Made by a program: the position numbers and the translations under genes | From: a virus | Lineage: Duplodnaviria; Caudoviricetes | Strand: one strand, 5' to 3' | Virus record (IMG/VR): IMGVR_UViG_3300029288_000097 | Coordinates: 32,001-96,000 of that record | DNA: 64,000 nucleotides | In this document: piece after piece, positions 1 to 9,602 of the stretch | How the letters are laid out: each line of letters begins with the position of its first letter | Position numbering within the stretch: position 1 is the first letter of the stretch | Notes under the pieces: generated by a model | Seen by the model: only the letters and a program-made list of their open reading frames with translations | What the model was told of the DNA's origin: nothing | Databases searched by the model: none

Positions 1-588
1 AATCTCGCCATCAAGAGCATGCATTAACTCTTCCAGACGATCTTCAGTCAGATTATTTATTCGTTGATCTACAGAGTCAAGCAGATCGACTTCAGCATTC
101 TCGTTTTGAGCTGTTTGACTCTTATCATATTCCAAGCCAAGCAACTTAACTCTACGATCCAAAGCGTTGAGTTTTAGAGTGAGAAGTCTATTATTATCTC
201 CTGGGCCTATTAACTGGTCATCGATTTGTTGTATAAGCCGGTCAAGGCTGGCTATAAGGCGTCCACGTTCCAGCTCACGGTCATCCATAGTGAGAGGCTT
301 GCCCATTTGTCGCCAGTCACTTTTAAGCTCCTCAATTTCACTTGCAACCAGGTCACGACTGATCCCGAGTAGTGATGCTATCTGATCTACCGGGAGTCGA
401 TATATAAGGTGTAGATGCTCTACCTTTGTGCGTACCGGCAGATTCACACGCAAGCCATAGCAACGAAACAGTTCATCTTCAGGATTCGCCAGCATAGGAG
501 CCAGCTCATCGTCCTCATGACAAGCTGGCATTTGATCTGGGCAATCATCATCTAAACCAGCGGGCAAGATCGGTTTATCGCGTCTCAT
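1..588 (-). CDS. HTH protein, probable terminase small subunit-like (3' end runs off the window; absent from the ORF track)
   Basis: ATG at 588 overlaps the primase stop (ATGA) and the frame is open to position 1. Translation MRRDKPILPAG...RLPVDQIASLLGISRDLVASEIEELKSDW...ALDRRVKLLGLEY has an HTH and an R-x-KLLGL motif common in TerS-like proteins. Confidence 0.6.
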   Translation of the reverse strand, partial: MRRDKPILPAGLDDDCPDQMPACHEDDELAPMLANPEDELFRCYGLRVNLPVRTKVEHLHLIYRLPVDQIASLLGISRDLVASEIEELKSDWRQMGKPLTMDDRELERGRLIASLDRLIQQIDDQLIGPGDNNRLLTLKLNALDRRVKLLGLEYDKSQTAQNENAEVDLLDSVDQRINNLTEDRLEELMHALDGEI

Positions 589-3434
589 TCTTCTTCCTCA
601 AACTTCGGTTCTATTATGCTCCATTGATGGGTATTAACTCCAAACTGTGAGCGCACACGTGCCAGGTCGATTTTGACACACATCTCTTGGATTATAGGAT
701 GGTCAGTAGGAAATCCCAACACTGGGCTATTACCACTATTGGCACAGTCTTTCAACAGGTTTCGGAAAGCAATATCATTCATCAATGCAGCTGATCCGGC
801 TGAAGTTAAATAAGATCGAATCTCAGACCTCCATCGGTTTATATCGAAGTAAGCTTTTTCACGATCTACAAGATCAAGCACAAATACGCTTCCCTGCAGT
901 GATGTATTCCTACGTGTGTTCATAATGATAGCAGAATCAGTAGCACGGAACAATTCATGCAGAGCAGATGATCCATAAGTAAGTTTACGTGCATCAGGAT
1001 CAGCAGCAAAAATGACACTAATAAAGCGGTCTTTACGAAGTGGGAACTCTAAGCCATACTCTTTGTAGATAAAGTACAGAACGTACAGACCGTACAGAAT
1101 AGCGGAGAATCCCCATCGTTTACGCTCAGTAACATCAGTCGAGCATTCAGCTTCGATCTTGTCGATACACTGTTCCATGATTCGCTTACAACGGTCAAGG
1201 TTATTGATAGTCCACTGAAGTATGATGGTTCCAAGCCATCCATCATGATCGCGTGAATGTAGCCAGCGCATTCTACGAGCCATAGCTACACGATCTTCAC
1301 CTTCCAGTGCTTTGATCTTGTATAGCCAATCGTGATTTATCGTTATGGAGAATATACGTTGGACGGCTGCATCTTCAGTTAAGGGATGCTCACCCGCGAT
1401 ACACATTGGGGCTTGAAATTGATCTGTGCAGACAGAGCGATCACTGCGCCCTGAACTACCACTGAGTCCATCCCATACCGAACGAATTACACCCAGGAAT
1501 TGTCCACCTTTAGATTTGCCATCATCTGGCCGTGGATTATCCCTGAAGTCATCAATAATGAGTGGGTATAGATTATTCGATGTTAGATGGCTATGCATGG
1601 CGAAGATGGTTGTTCGCTCATATGCTTTACCAATCTCGCAGCCATAATGAGGCCCAAGCATCTTAAACAAATGGCTTTTACCGGAACCAGCCAGACCATA
1701 AACAACGAGTACAGGATAACCCTCAACACGCTTCCTGAAAAATGCTGACATTGGACACCCGGCAAACCATGCCAGAGTAGGCCATATAAAGTGTGGCTCA
1801 TGATACTGACTATAGTATTCTCCGAATGTCTGAAGATACTCCTTGATGTCCTGCTCTTCAAGCTCTAAACGTGGGTTAGGTAAAGCTGTATCTGTGCCAC
1901 TGCCTGTCCATATATATTGCTCACTGGGCTGATCTGGTAGTAACAATACAGGTTTCTTTTTATGAACATCTAACCAGCCATAGTATGTAGACTCATGGAT
2001 TTCTGTTTCAGGACAATGCTCAGCTAACCATGCAATATACTGGGGCCAAGCTTTGGGTTGAAACACAGATATACCCGTAGGCATATGATTGATACGTGCA
2101 AAAGCTTTCGGATCGATATGTCCGGCAGGAGTGATCTCAACACGTTTTACCGGCTGTCCAGCTATTACTATGTCAGCCAGCCAGACAACATCATTCGTGT
2201 GGGCTTTGTGCAATTTACCAACTATATGCACTACAAAGTTGGAAAAACAAGTATGTTGGGCATTGGTTAAGTGAGTAAAAGTGCCTTTTTCAAAGAATGG
2301 ATCATCACCAACATCAGTCAAACTACCTTTAATTGGATCATAATTTTCCGGCTTAAAATCGATGCCCATTTTTGAGCAGTAAGCCTTCTTCATTCTGACC
2401 CAATAATCAACTATAGCCTCAGCATCAGGAGCTAAAGCAGCATAATTTGAGCGTAAACTTCTGAGCTTAGTAAGGTCTTGCTCATCGTAGGTGGTATCTA
2501 CTTCTGTATCACGAAACTGGTCATCACTGAGTAAGTTAGCAAGTTCCTTAAATACATTCTTACAAGCTTCTCGATTGATGCCTCCCTTACGTATTGTGCC
2601 AGCTAGATCGAGCATCATATAATGCCGTGAGCCTTCAGCCCAATCTTCTGAACCCTGGAATAGACACAACAATGCAAAGACTATGGATTTTGGAGCTGTG
2701 TTTTCGTTGACATGCTCAAACATTTTTTTGAGCTGTTTCATTGAATAGGTCGGAGGCTCTTTACCATCACGCTTGTTATAATGCGTGTTTACTTGGAAAT
2801 AAGTGCTGTACTCAGGCTTTACGTTAAAGGTGCCTGGTATACGCATGAGACGTGAATGTGAGCACACTTCCATGTCAGCTCCATAATACATTGCAAGCTG
2901 ACATAGTAGTGGAATAATGTGTTCTGCATACCGTTTCGGGTCTTTATCTACCTTAAACGGTGTATCAAGCTTATAGTAACCCTGAAGACCATCCTTACTG
3001 GATTCTACCCATACCGAAGCAGCATCTACACTTTTCATGTCAGCCAAAAATGCTTTGCCTGGCACTTGAATGTACTTAAAGAGATCAACGTCGAACCAGA
3101 GTGCAGGTATGTCTAAGATGTTTGTTTGTTTGCGCTTACCTTCACGAGTGTCTGTAGTACCGGTGGAAAAGTACATATTATACTTATGGCTGTGGACTCG
3201 CCACCACTCGGTATACAATTTTTCCGGGGCCGAATATGCATGCGAAATCATTGGCCCATCTTTTTTCTTTGTTTGGGCGGGTGCGCCTTCTACTTCATCA
3301 GCTTCGCAATCTGTCTCTGTTAATGTTTCTCCTGGCTTACTTTTCGATGTAGTTATGTATCCGTTCGGAGAGTCCCCAAAAAGAAAGCGCAAAAACGTAA
3401 TGGCTTTCTCGGCATCGGTTGTTAAAGTTGCCAT
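585..3434 (-). CDS. Primase-helicase (RepB/AEP-type primase, PriCT-like region, DUF927-like P-loop helicase)
   Basis: ALWFDVD, GLQGYYKL and SRLMRIPGTFNVK primase motifs; EGSRH; Walker A GLAGSGKS and Walker B LIIDD. Confidence 0.85.
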   Translation of the reverse strand: MATLTTDAEKAITFLRFLFGDSPNGYITTSKSKPGETLTETDCEADEVEGAPAQTKKKDGPMISHAYSAPEKLYTEWWRVHSHKYNMYFSTGTTDTREGKRKQTNILDIPALWFDVDLFKYIQVPGKAFLADMKSVDAASVWVESSKDGLQGYYKLDTPFKVDKDPKRYAEHIIPLLCQLAMYYGADMEVCSHSRLMRIPGTFNVKPEYSTYFQVNTHYNKRDGKEPPTYSMKQLKKMFEHVNENTAPKSIVFALLCLFQGSEDWAEGSRHYMMLDLAGTIRKGGINREACKNVFKELANLLSDDQFRDTEVDTTYDEQDLTKLRSLRSNYAALAPDAEAIVDYWVRMKKAYCSKMGIDFKPENYDPIKGSLTDVGDDPFFEKGTFTHLTNAQHTCFSNFVVHIVGKLHKAHTNDVVWLADIVIAGQPVKRVEITPAGHIDPKAFARINHMPTGISVFQPKAWPQYIAWLAEHCPETEIHESTYYGWLDVHKKKPVLLLPDQPSEQYIWTGSGTDTALPNPRLELEEQDIKEYLQTFGEYYSQYHEPHFIWPTLAWFAGCPMSAFFRKRVEGYPVLVVYGLAGSGKSHLFKMLGPHYGCEIGKAYERTTIFAMHSHLTSNNLYPLIIDDFRDNPRPDDGKSKGGQFLGVIRSVWDGLSGSSGRSDRSVCTDQFQAPMCIAGEHPLTEDAAVQRIFSITINHDWLYKIKALEGEDRVAMARRMRWLHSRDHDGWLGTIILQWTINNLDRCKRIMEQCIDKIEAECSTDVTERKRWGFSAILYGLYVLYFIYKEYGLEFPLRKDRFISVIFAADPDARKLTYGSSALHELFRATDSAIIMNTRRNTSLQGSVFVLDLVDREKAYFDINRWRSEIRSYLTSAGSAALMNDIAFRNLLKDCANSGNSPVLGFPTDHPIIQEMCVKIDLARVRSQFGVNTHQWSIIEPKFEEEE

Positions 3435-3468
3435 GTATTGGTTGACCTCACTCCTTTGGGTAATTGAT

Positions 3469-3567
3469 ATTATAGCTCACTCATAAATGTTTGTGGAGTC
3501 TTTTTTAGACCGATCTCGAAAAACTGGTAGTTGTACTAGGCTTGCCACTACTATTATGCGGTATAAT
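3469..3567. promoter_or_regulatory. Divergent promoter region with an imperfect CTGGTA-N4-TACTAG palindrome (3524-3539)
   Basis: TATAAT on the minus strand at 3469-3474 (TCCACA 17 bp upstream) and TATAAT on the plus strand at 3562-3567. Confidence 0.55.
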
Positions 3568-3576
3568 GGATATGCG

Positions 3577-5076
3577 ATGAGAAGACCTCCATGGTGGGCA
3601 GCCCAAAAAGAAGCCTATAAACGAGCAAAGACTCTTATACATGATGGTATCCCGCTCCTTATGGAAATGGGGACCGGCAAAACACGCATAGCAGTGCAAC
3701 TACTTGAGTATCTATTTAAGTATTATGATGTGCGGCTAGTCTATGTAGTAGCTCCATTAGCTGCCATGCATGTATGGGTAGAGAACTGGCACGAATGGGC
3801 TAAGACTCCAGTAGCCTTTATCGATTTACATGATACTGGTAGTGAGGGTATCAGAGAAGCAGTGCGTTTGTCAAAACAAGGCTCACCGGTCATCTGTTTG
3901 GTCAATTATGAGACTGCTTGGTTCCTGGGTAAAAAGCGGGTCAAGGTTAAATTAGACGGTAAAACACGAACTCGTTTGAAGCATGTAGATACTACGATGG
4001 GCGACATCAAATGGGATATGGGTATTCTCGATGAGTCCACGGCTATCAAACATCCTGGCTCTAAAGTATCATCGTTCTTCTGCCGGACAATGAAATCACG
4101 CACACGATTCCGTATGATCCTCACTGGCAGTGCTTATATCAAACGGCCACTCGATGTGTATGCACAGATCAAGTTTTGCTGCACCAATCCTATATTTCCG
4201 TGGGATTATGCTGGTTTTAAGGCAGAATACTCTATACCACATCCTACGATACCACAAGCGATCCTGAGTTATCGTAATCTGAATGACTTTGTAAAACGCT
4301 TAGCCAGTTGTGCAATTCTCCTCAAAAAAGAAGATGTGCTGGACCTACCACCATTTGTGCACGAAACACGTAAGATCACGTTGAGTGCCAAGAGTCGAAA
4401 AATATATAACGAGATCACCGAGGAAAATTATGCTTATCTGGAAGAGCTTGAAGCCGATGGCATAGAAATCACAGCCTCACATGTATTCGCTGTTCAACGA
4501 AAGCAGATGCAGATTACATCAGGTTTCATCTATCCTGACCTTATACAGATCGGCGAGGGTGATGATGCTAAAATGATAAAGCCGGACGCTGTGCGCCTTG
4601 GCACCGAAAAGGTTAATGTGCTCTTGGATATAATTGACAAACGTGCCGGGGAGCCCACTATCATTGTAGTGCAGATGGATGAAGAAGAGGATATTGTATC
4701 GGAGGCATTGACCAAAAGTTTTGGCTTTACTCCAAAGATACTTAATGGTAGTGTTAAGGGTGCAGCTCGCAGGCATGAAATGATTCGAGCAGCTGCGCGT
4801 GAAGGTGACCCTTATTTTGTGGTCAAAGAATCAGTAGTAGCTCGTGGTGTAGATATGCGGGCATTCGACATGACCATATTTTACTCACACACGCCAGATA
4901 CCGAAGACTACGATCAGATGATGTCTCGTAACCATCGTGGTGGACAAACAAAGAATATCACGTATATGCACCTACTATGTGAGAACACAGTTGACTTACG
5001 AATTATGCGTATATTGCGCAATGATATGAACCTGGCTCGTCAGATCGAGCGTGATTGGAGAGCTTTGATTAAATGA
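3577..5076 (+). CDS. SNF2-family (SF2) helicase/ATPase
   Basis: LLMEMGTGKT, ILDEST, MILTGS and SRNHRGGQ motifs; start moved to ATG 3577 because the upstream part of the ORF overlaps promoter elements. Confidence 0.9.
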   Translation: MRRPPWWAAQKEAYKRAKTLIHDGIPLLMEMGTGKTRIAVQLLEYLFKYYDVRLVYVVAPLAAMHVWVENWHEWAKTPVAFIDLHDTGSEGIREAVRLSKQGSPVICLVNYETAWFLGKKRVKVKLDGKTRTRLKHVDTTMGDIKWDMGILDESTAIKHPGSKVSSFFCRTMKSRTRFRMILTGSAYIKRPLDVYAQIKFCCTNPIFPWDYAGFKAEYSIPHPTIPQAILSYRNLNDFVKRLASCAILLKKEDVLDLPPFVHETRKITLSAKSRKIYNEITEENYAYLEELEADGIEITASHVFAVQRKQMQITSGFIYPDLIQIGEGDDAKMIKPDAVRLGTEKVNVLLDIIDKRAGEPTIIVVQMDEEEDIVSEALTKSFGFTPKILNGSVKGAARRHEMIRAAAREGDPYFVVKESVVARGVDMRAFDMTIFYSHTPDTEDYDQMMSRNHRGGQTKNITYMHLLCENTVDLRIMRILRNDMNLARQIERDWRALIK

Positions 5077-5345
5077 CCCCAGCTATAGCAGATATTGTTA
5101 TCACACATATCGATGACATGGATAAAGAATATTCATGCAAAGGTCGTTATTATGGCGATGGACGTGTGCTGGTACGACATGAAAATCGTTGGCTGGGTGT
5201 TGATCCTAACTGCTACCATTCAGATGATCCTAAACGACTCTTTATTGTGGCAACTGGCGAGTGGAGTTCGTTTAGAATACGGTCAGTGATTTTAGATTCC
5301 AAGGCCATAAAGAAAAATGCAAAACTGGTAAATATACCAGTTTGA
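5073..5345 (+). CDS. Hypothetical protein
   Basis: ATGA coupling to the helicase stop; 90 aa. Confidence 0.6.
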   Translation: MTPAIADIVITHIDDMDKEYSCKGRYYGDGRVLVRHENRWLGVDPNCYHSDDPKRLFIVATGEWSSFRIRSVILDSKAIKKNAKLVNIPV

Positions 5346-5370
5346 TTTCTCTGATAGGCTGAGGTATACT
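5322..5370 (+). promoter_or_regulatory. Sigma70-type promoter with a palindromic operator/activator site abutting the -35 box
   Basis: AAACTGGTA-AATA-TACCAGTTT (5322-5343); TTGATT 5342-5347; 17-bp spacer; TATACT 5365-5370. Confidence 0.8.
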
Positions 5371-5411
5371 GTTACTGTTCCGAAATCACCAAACAAACTG
5401 GAGGATAAATC

Positions 5412-6443
5412 ATGAGTAGTGACAAGACGACGGGTACTACCGAAGAACTACGCGTACGAATCCCGAAAGCTGTAAAAAAGCAGCAGATTTTCGAGATCAT
5501 CGCGGAGGATGAAGACTTTCGCTTCGGTCGTATCAAGATCGAGCGTGACCGCCAGCGGTACACCCTCGCAGCTCCGGTAGAGGACGACGAAGATGCAATC
5601 AAGAGCGTCAAAGCGTTCTACGGAGTCATCCCCTATTTCCGCAAGGCATACTTCAAAGATCAGAACGATGCCACCAAAAAGGTCGAGAAGCGCGAAGTCG
5701 CTATCGTCCGCTGTGACAAGTATGTTCCTGAACTTCTGTATATCTCCTATGCAGGCTTCTGGAACTGGAAGGGCTTCCTCGCCGCTCTGGAGAAGCAAGA
5801 CCTTCATTACTCTCAGGTCATCGTAAAATTCACGGCTGAGCCGGGACAGTCCAAAGATGGACAGTACAAGTTCTCCAAGCCAAAAATGGAGATCGTTCGT
5901 GCTCTTACCGAGGACGAGTGGAACTACATTCAGGAACTTAGCAGCGTTGTTCGTACCCGTGTGAGGAAGTACAGCGACAATGATGCCCTGGATGCTGCTG
6001 AGGATAAGTTCCTCGATGAAGACGATAAGCCGAAGCAGGAGCCGGAGGCCGATGACGATGATGCCATCGCAGCGAAGGCAGCCAGTCGAACTCGTACTAT
6101 CGTTGAAACTGACGAAGACGACGAGGAAGAGGAAAAGCCTGCAGCTAAATCCACCCGGAAGTCATCTAAGGCTGCCGAGACCGAAAAGCCCAAGGGCAAA
6201 TCGGTTGAGGATGATGATGACGATGACGAGCCTGCACCTAAGTCAACTCGAAAATCATCTAAGGCTGCCGAGACCGAAAAGCCAAAGGGTAAATCGGTCG
6301 AGGACGACGAAGATGACGAGGAAGAGCCAGCTGCAAAAGGCAAGGGCTCATTCCCTGAGTTGGATGAGGATGACGATGAAGACTTGGCTCCCAAGCGAGG
6401 CAAGGCCGGTAAGTCCGTCGAAGATGACGAGGACGAAGACTAA
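5412..6443 (+). CDS. Probable ssDNA-binding/annealing protein with a long acidic/basic repeat tail
   Basis: Globular N-half and Asp/Glu-rich C-half; lies between helicase and polymerase; strong GGAGG RBS. Confidence 0.55.
   Translation: MSSDKTTGTTEELRVRIPKAVKKQQIFEIIAEDEDFRFGRIKIERDRQRYTLAAPVEDDEDAIKSVKAFYGVIPYFRKAYFKDQNDATKKVEKREVAIVRCDKYVPELLYISYAGFWNWKGFLAALEKQDLHYSQVIVKFTAEPGQSKDGQYKFSKPKMEIVRALTEDEWNYIQELSSVVRTRVRKYSDNDALDAAEDKFLDEDDKPKQEPEADDDDAIAAKAASRTRTIVETDEDDEEEEKPAAKSTRKSSKAAETEKPKGKSVEDDDDDDEPAPKSTRKSSKAAETEKPKGKSVEDDEDDEEEPAAKGKGSFPELDEDDDEDLAPKRGKAGKSVEDDEDED
6135..6340 (+). repeat. 93-bp (31-aa) intragenic tandem duplication plus a partial third copy
   Basis: AAGGCTGCCGAGACCGAAAAGCC at 6168 and 6261; PA(A/P)KSTRKSSKAAETEKPKGKSVEDD occurs twice. 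Confidence 0.95.
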
Positions 6444-6449
6444 ACCATA

Positions 6450-6562
6450 ATTCGGGTGCGTGACCTGCCAGCAATAACCCGAATGTAGGAAAAAGGATAG
6501 GGGCCATGGCATTCCCTTAAACTGCCCGCCCGCAGTGCTATGGCCCCTACCTTTCATTTTTT
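6450..6562 (+). terminator. Two RNA hairpins (second has a 16-bp stem, 20-nt C-rich loop and downstream T-tract) before the DNA polymerase RBS
   Basis: ATTCGGGT/ACCCGAAT (6450-6484); TAGGGGCCATGGCATT/AGTGCTATGGCCCCTA (6498-6549). Confidence 0.6.
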
Positions 6563-6573
6563 GAGAGGATAGT

Positions 6574-9261
6574 ATGCCAGATACCACGACTGAAGCTACA
6601 ACTTTACGAAATGAGCAATGCGATTATTGTCAGTTTGGCATAAATGCTATCCCAGCACCTAAACATGTATGTCTTCTACCCGAGGAGATTGGGCCACACG
6701 ATGTAATGCTTGTCGCTGAGCAACCGACAAAGCAGGATGACATCTATGGGCAGGTCTTTTCAGGCAGGGGACTCGCAGACATCAAAGAGTTCCTTGTTAA
6801 GCGTGGCGTAGATGTATATGCTACTTATGCGTTGAAATGTGTCAAACCCAATAAGGATACAAAGCCTAAACCCAAGGATGCCAAGCTGTGTGGGTTTGGT
6901 GCCTCTCCTAAAAAAGGCGAACCTGTAGTCGGCGGGTATCTTGCTCAAGAGATCAAAATGGTCAAACCCAAGCATATTATATGCATGGGTGCGAACACAT
7001 TTGTAGCAGTAACCGGTAAGTCCTCCGGGTTTGGTGAACTTAAGAGCAATCGCTACTGGGATGAAAACCTAAGTGCTTACATCTACGCCACTGACCATCA
7101 TGCCTCAGCACTCTTTAATCAACAGGTTAAAGAACAGTTGATAGCTGACCTCAAACGCTTTATCGAATGGATGAACATACCTGAAGATAAAGTCGATTCG
7201 ATACAGTTCACACCACCAATCCGAGTGGCATCTACACTGAAATCTCTACGGATCATGCGCAAAAAGATTCGTGAAGCAGGTGGTGTTGTGGCTGTCGATA
7301 CCGAAACCCAAGGACTTAACCCATATATCGCTGGGAAGCATATACGATGTATTCAATTCTGCTGGGATGCAACCTATGGCGGGGTTTTTGTGCCACTTGG
7401 CCTTGAAGAAGATTGTTACTACACCAACAAGTCAGTTCAACACAATTACTGGCAAGAGGGTGAAACACTCGAAGAAGCAGTTGAGATCGTTAGAGACATT
7501 CTTCTTGAGAGTCAGTGCATCTGGCATAATGGTAAGTTTGACCGTATATGGCTCCACGAGTGGGGTAAGCGTGAGTTTGGATCACCGATCCTGGCACCAC
7601 ACGTCTACATGGATACTATGCATGTTGCTCACGCCTTAAATGAGAATCGGTCATTGAAGTTAAAACAGCTTATCACTACAGAGCTGGGATTCCCAACTTA
7701 CGACATTCAGGATAAACTCACCAAAGACCTGGATATTCTGATTCCGTATGCAGCCCGAGACACAGTAGCATCGTTACTTCTGGCTCTGAAATATTCTGGC
7801 ATCATGAAACGTAGAGACATGCGCAAGGTGCGAAGACTCTATGCAAAAGTCACTCGACGGTGCGATAGTGTATTTACCAAGATGGAATTGCAGGGCTGGC
7901 CGGTTAATGGTAAAAAAGCTGCTGAATGTAAAGTTGCTATCGATGCAAAGCTTGTGGAGACAGAAGCAACTATGGCAGCTATCTTGGAAAAGCATCGAGA
8001 GGGCTTGACCGACATCGGGTTACTCACCGAAAAATTACCTGACATTGATGCAAACCTCTATGCTTCACCCAAAAAACTTGGTAAGCTGCTTTTCTCTGTG
8101 CTGCGTCTTCCAATGAATCCTGATAAGTCGGTGGCTTACACGGACGGTGGTGATCCAGCCACAAATGAAGATGCTTTGGTTCACTTAAAAGGTGATAAGT
8201 TTGTGGACTTACTGCTGGAGTGGCGTGGCTTGGCAAAAGCTCTCTCTACCTATGTAGAACCAATGATCCGTGCTGCTAAAGGCCGAGGACGAATAACAAC
8301 CAGTTATAAGCTTACAGGCACCGTAACAGGCCGTACAGCGTCCGGGAAAGAGACTACACAGTCCAAGAGACAAGGCACATCAAAAGCTGAGGGAATGAAC
8401 CTTCAGAATCTACCCTATACGTGGCATATTCGAGATTGTATAGAAGCCCGTGACGGTTGGAGCATCATGGAAGTGGACTTCTCTCAGATCGAGCTTCGTG
8501 TAGCTGGTTGGCTATCGAAAGACCCGCTCTTTATCAAGGCTTATAATAAAGGCTGGGATATTCATGCTATCCGTGCTATGAGAGTTAATAACATATCTCA
8601 AGAACAATGGAATGAATTACCCAAGGAAAAGCAGAAAGAGCTTAGAAAGAAAGCCAAGGCCGTTAATTTTGGATTCTTGTATGGTATGCAAGCTCGAAAG
8701 TTCAAGATGTACGCATTGACAGACTACAGCCTCGATATTCCTTATCAGGAATGTGTTCATATCAGAGAGCAGTTCTTCTCCGATCATACTGGTCTGCAAG
8801 ACTGGTATCTACGCCAAGAAAATGAATGTCTGAATAAGGGTTATGTAGAAAGCCCTTCTGGTCGTAGACGCCATCTGCCGAATATAAAGCATAACCCAGA
8901 CACAAGTCGTGATGCCCGCACAAAATACAATGAAGCTGTGCGCATGGCTATAAACACCCCTGTGCAGGGTTTCGCTTCTGACCTAAAACTGATGTCTATG
9001 ATCGAGATTGATGAACGAGTTGAAGAACAATTCTCCGATGTAGCTGTGATGTTTGGTGAAGTGCATGACTCGATATTGTTGGAAGTGCGTGATGATGCAG
9101 TTGAGGAAGTAGCCAAGGTTGTATTGCGAATCATGAGCCATCCGAGCATCTTGGACGAGTTAGGTATTGATATTACGATTCCTATAATGGCAGAAGCTAA
9201 GGTCGGCAGAAGTTTAGGAACAGCTAAAGACTATGAAGTCGATTGGCGAGAGGCAGCATAA
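6574..9261 (+). CDS. polA: Family A DNA polymerase with an N-terminal family-4 UDG-like domain and 3'-5' exonuclease
   Basis: CDYC...AEQP...LKC...LC UDG-like region; VDTETQG, HNGKFD and YAARD exonuclease motifs; DFSQIELR, RKKAKAVNFGFLYG and VHDS polymerase motifs. Confidence 0.95.
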   Translation: MPDTTTEATTLRNEQCDYCQFGINAIPAPKHVCLLPEEIGPHDVMLVAEQPTKQDDIYGQVFSGRGLADIKEFLVKRGVDVYATYALKCVKPNKDTKPKPKDAKLCGFGASPKKGEPVVGGYLAQEIKMVKPKHIICMGANTFVAVTGKSSGFGELKSNRYWDENLSAYIYATDHHASALFNQQVKEQLIADLKRFIEWMNIPEDKVDSIQFTPPIRVASTLKSLRIMRKKIREAGGVVAVDTETQGLNPYIAGKHIRCIQFCWDATYGGVFVPLGLEEDCYYTNKSVQHNYWQEGETLEEAVEIVRDILLESQCIWHNGKFDRIWLHEWGKREFGSPILAPHVYMDTMHVAHALNENRSLKLKQLITTELGFPTYDIQDKLTKDLDILIPYAARDTVASLLLALKYSGIMKRRDMRKVRRLYAKVTRRCDSVFTKMELQGWPVNGKKAAECKVAIDAKLVETEATMAAILEKHREGLTDIGLLTEKLPDIDANLYASPKKLGKLLFSVLRLPMNPDKSVAYTDGGDPATNEDALVHLKGDKFVDLLLEWRGLAKALSTYVEPMIRAAKGRGRITTSYKLTGTVTGRTASGKETTQSKRQGTSKAEGMNLQNLPYTWHIRDCIEARDGWSIMEVDFSQIELRVAGWLSKDPLFIKAYNKGWDIHAIRAMRVNNISQEQWNELPKEKQKELRKKAKAVNFGFLYGMQARKFKMYALTDYSLDIPYQECVHIREQFFSDHTGLQDWYLRQENECLNKGYVESPSGRRRHLPNIKHNPDTSRDARTKYNEAVRMAINTPVQGFASDLKLMSMIEIDERVEEQFSDVAVMFGEVHDSILLEVRDDAVEEVAKVVLRIMSHPSILDELGIDITIPIMAEAKVGRSLGTAKDYEVDWREAA

Positions 9262-9602
9262 TGGAGCGTAACCTGCAGCGTAGTGTAATCGATTGGTTAC
9301 GCCATCAACCTTACTGCCGGGTCACCAATATTCATGGTTCCAGCTATCAGGAAAAAGGTATATCAGACCTGATCGTATGCTATAAGGGCAGGCATTGTGT
9401 TTTTGAACTCAAAGATGAAGCTGACATTGAAGAAGTGCAGCTGGCTTATTTACGCTCAGTTAGACGAGCACAAGGGATAGCGGAGATCATATATGACATC
9501 GAAACAATCAAAATCATCTTCAAATGTATCGACCGAGGAGACACCTGGGAACCCCAGAGTGATCTCTCACCCCGAAGAAGAAGGCTTCACTCTAAAGATT
9601 AA
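9261..9602 (+). CDS. VRR-NUC domain nuclease (Holliday junction resolvase-like)
   Basis: E..LQ, GISDL, FELK and Q..YL motifs. Confidence 0.85.
   Translation: MERNLQRSVIDWLRHQPYCRVTNIHGSSYQEKGISDLIVCYKGRHCVFELKDEADIEEVQLAYLRSVRRAQGIAEIIYDIETIKIIFKCIDRGDTWEPQSDLSPRRRRLHSKD

Noticed and set aside
6135-6340. CRISPR-like or non-coding repeat array
   Set aside because: The repeats are in-frame coding duplications with no unique spacers
5930-6450. Long alternative-frame and antisense ORFs (e.g. 5930-6403, 5980-6450; likewise 20476-21171, 22150-22992)
   Set aside because: Shadows of strongly biased coding sequence; no RBS or recognisable motifs
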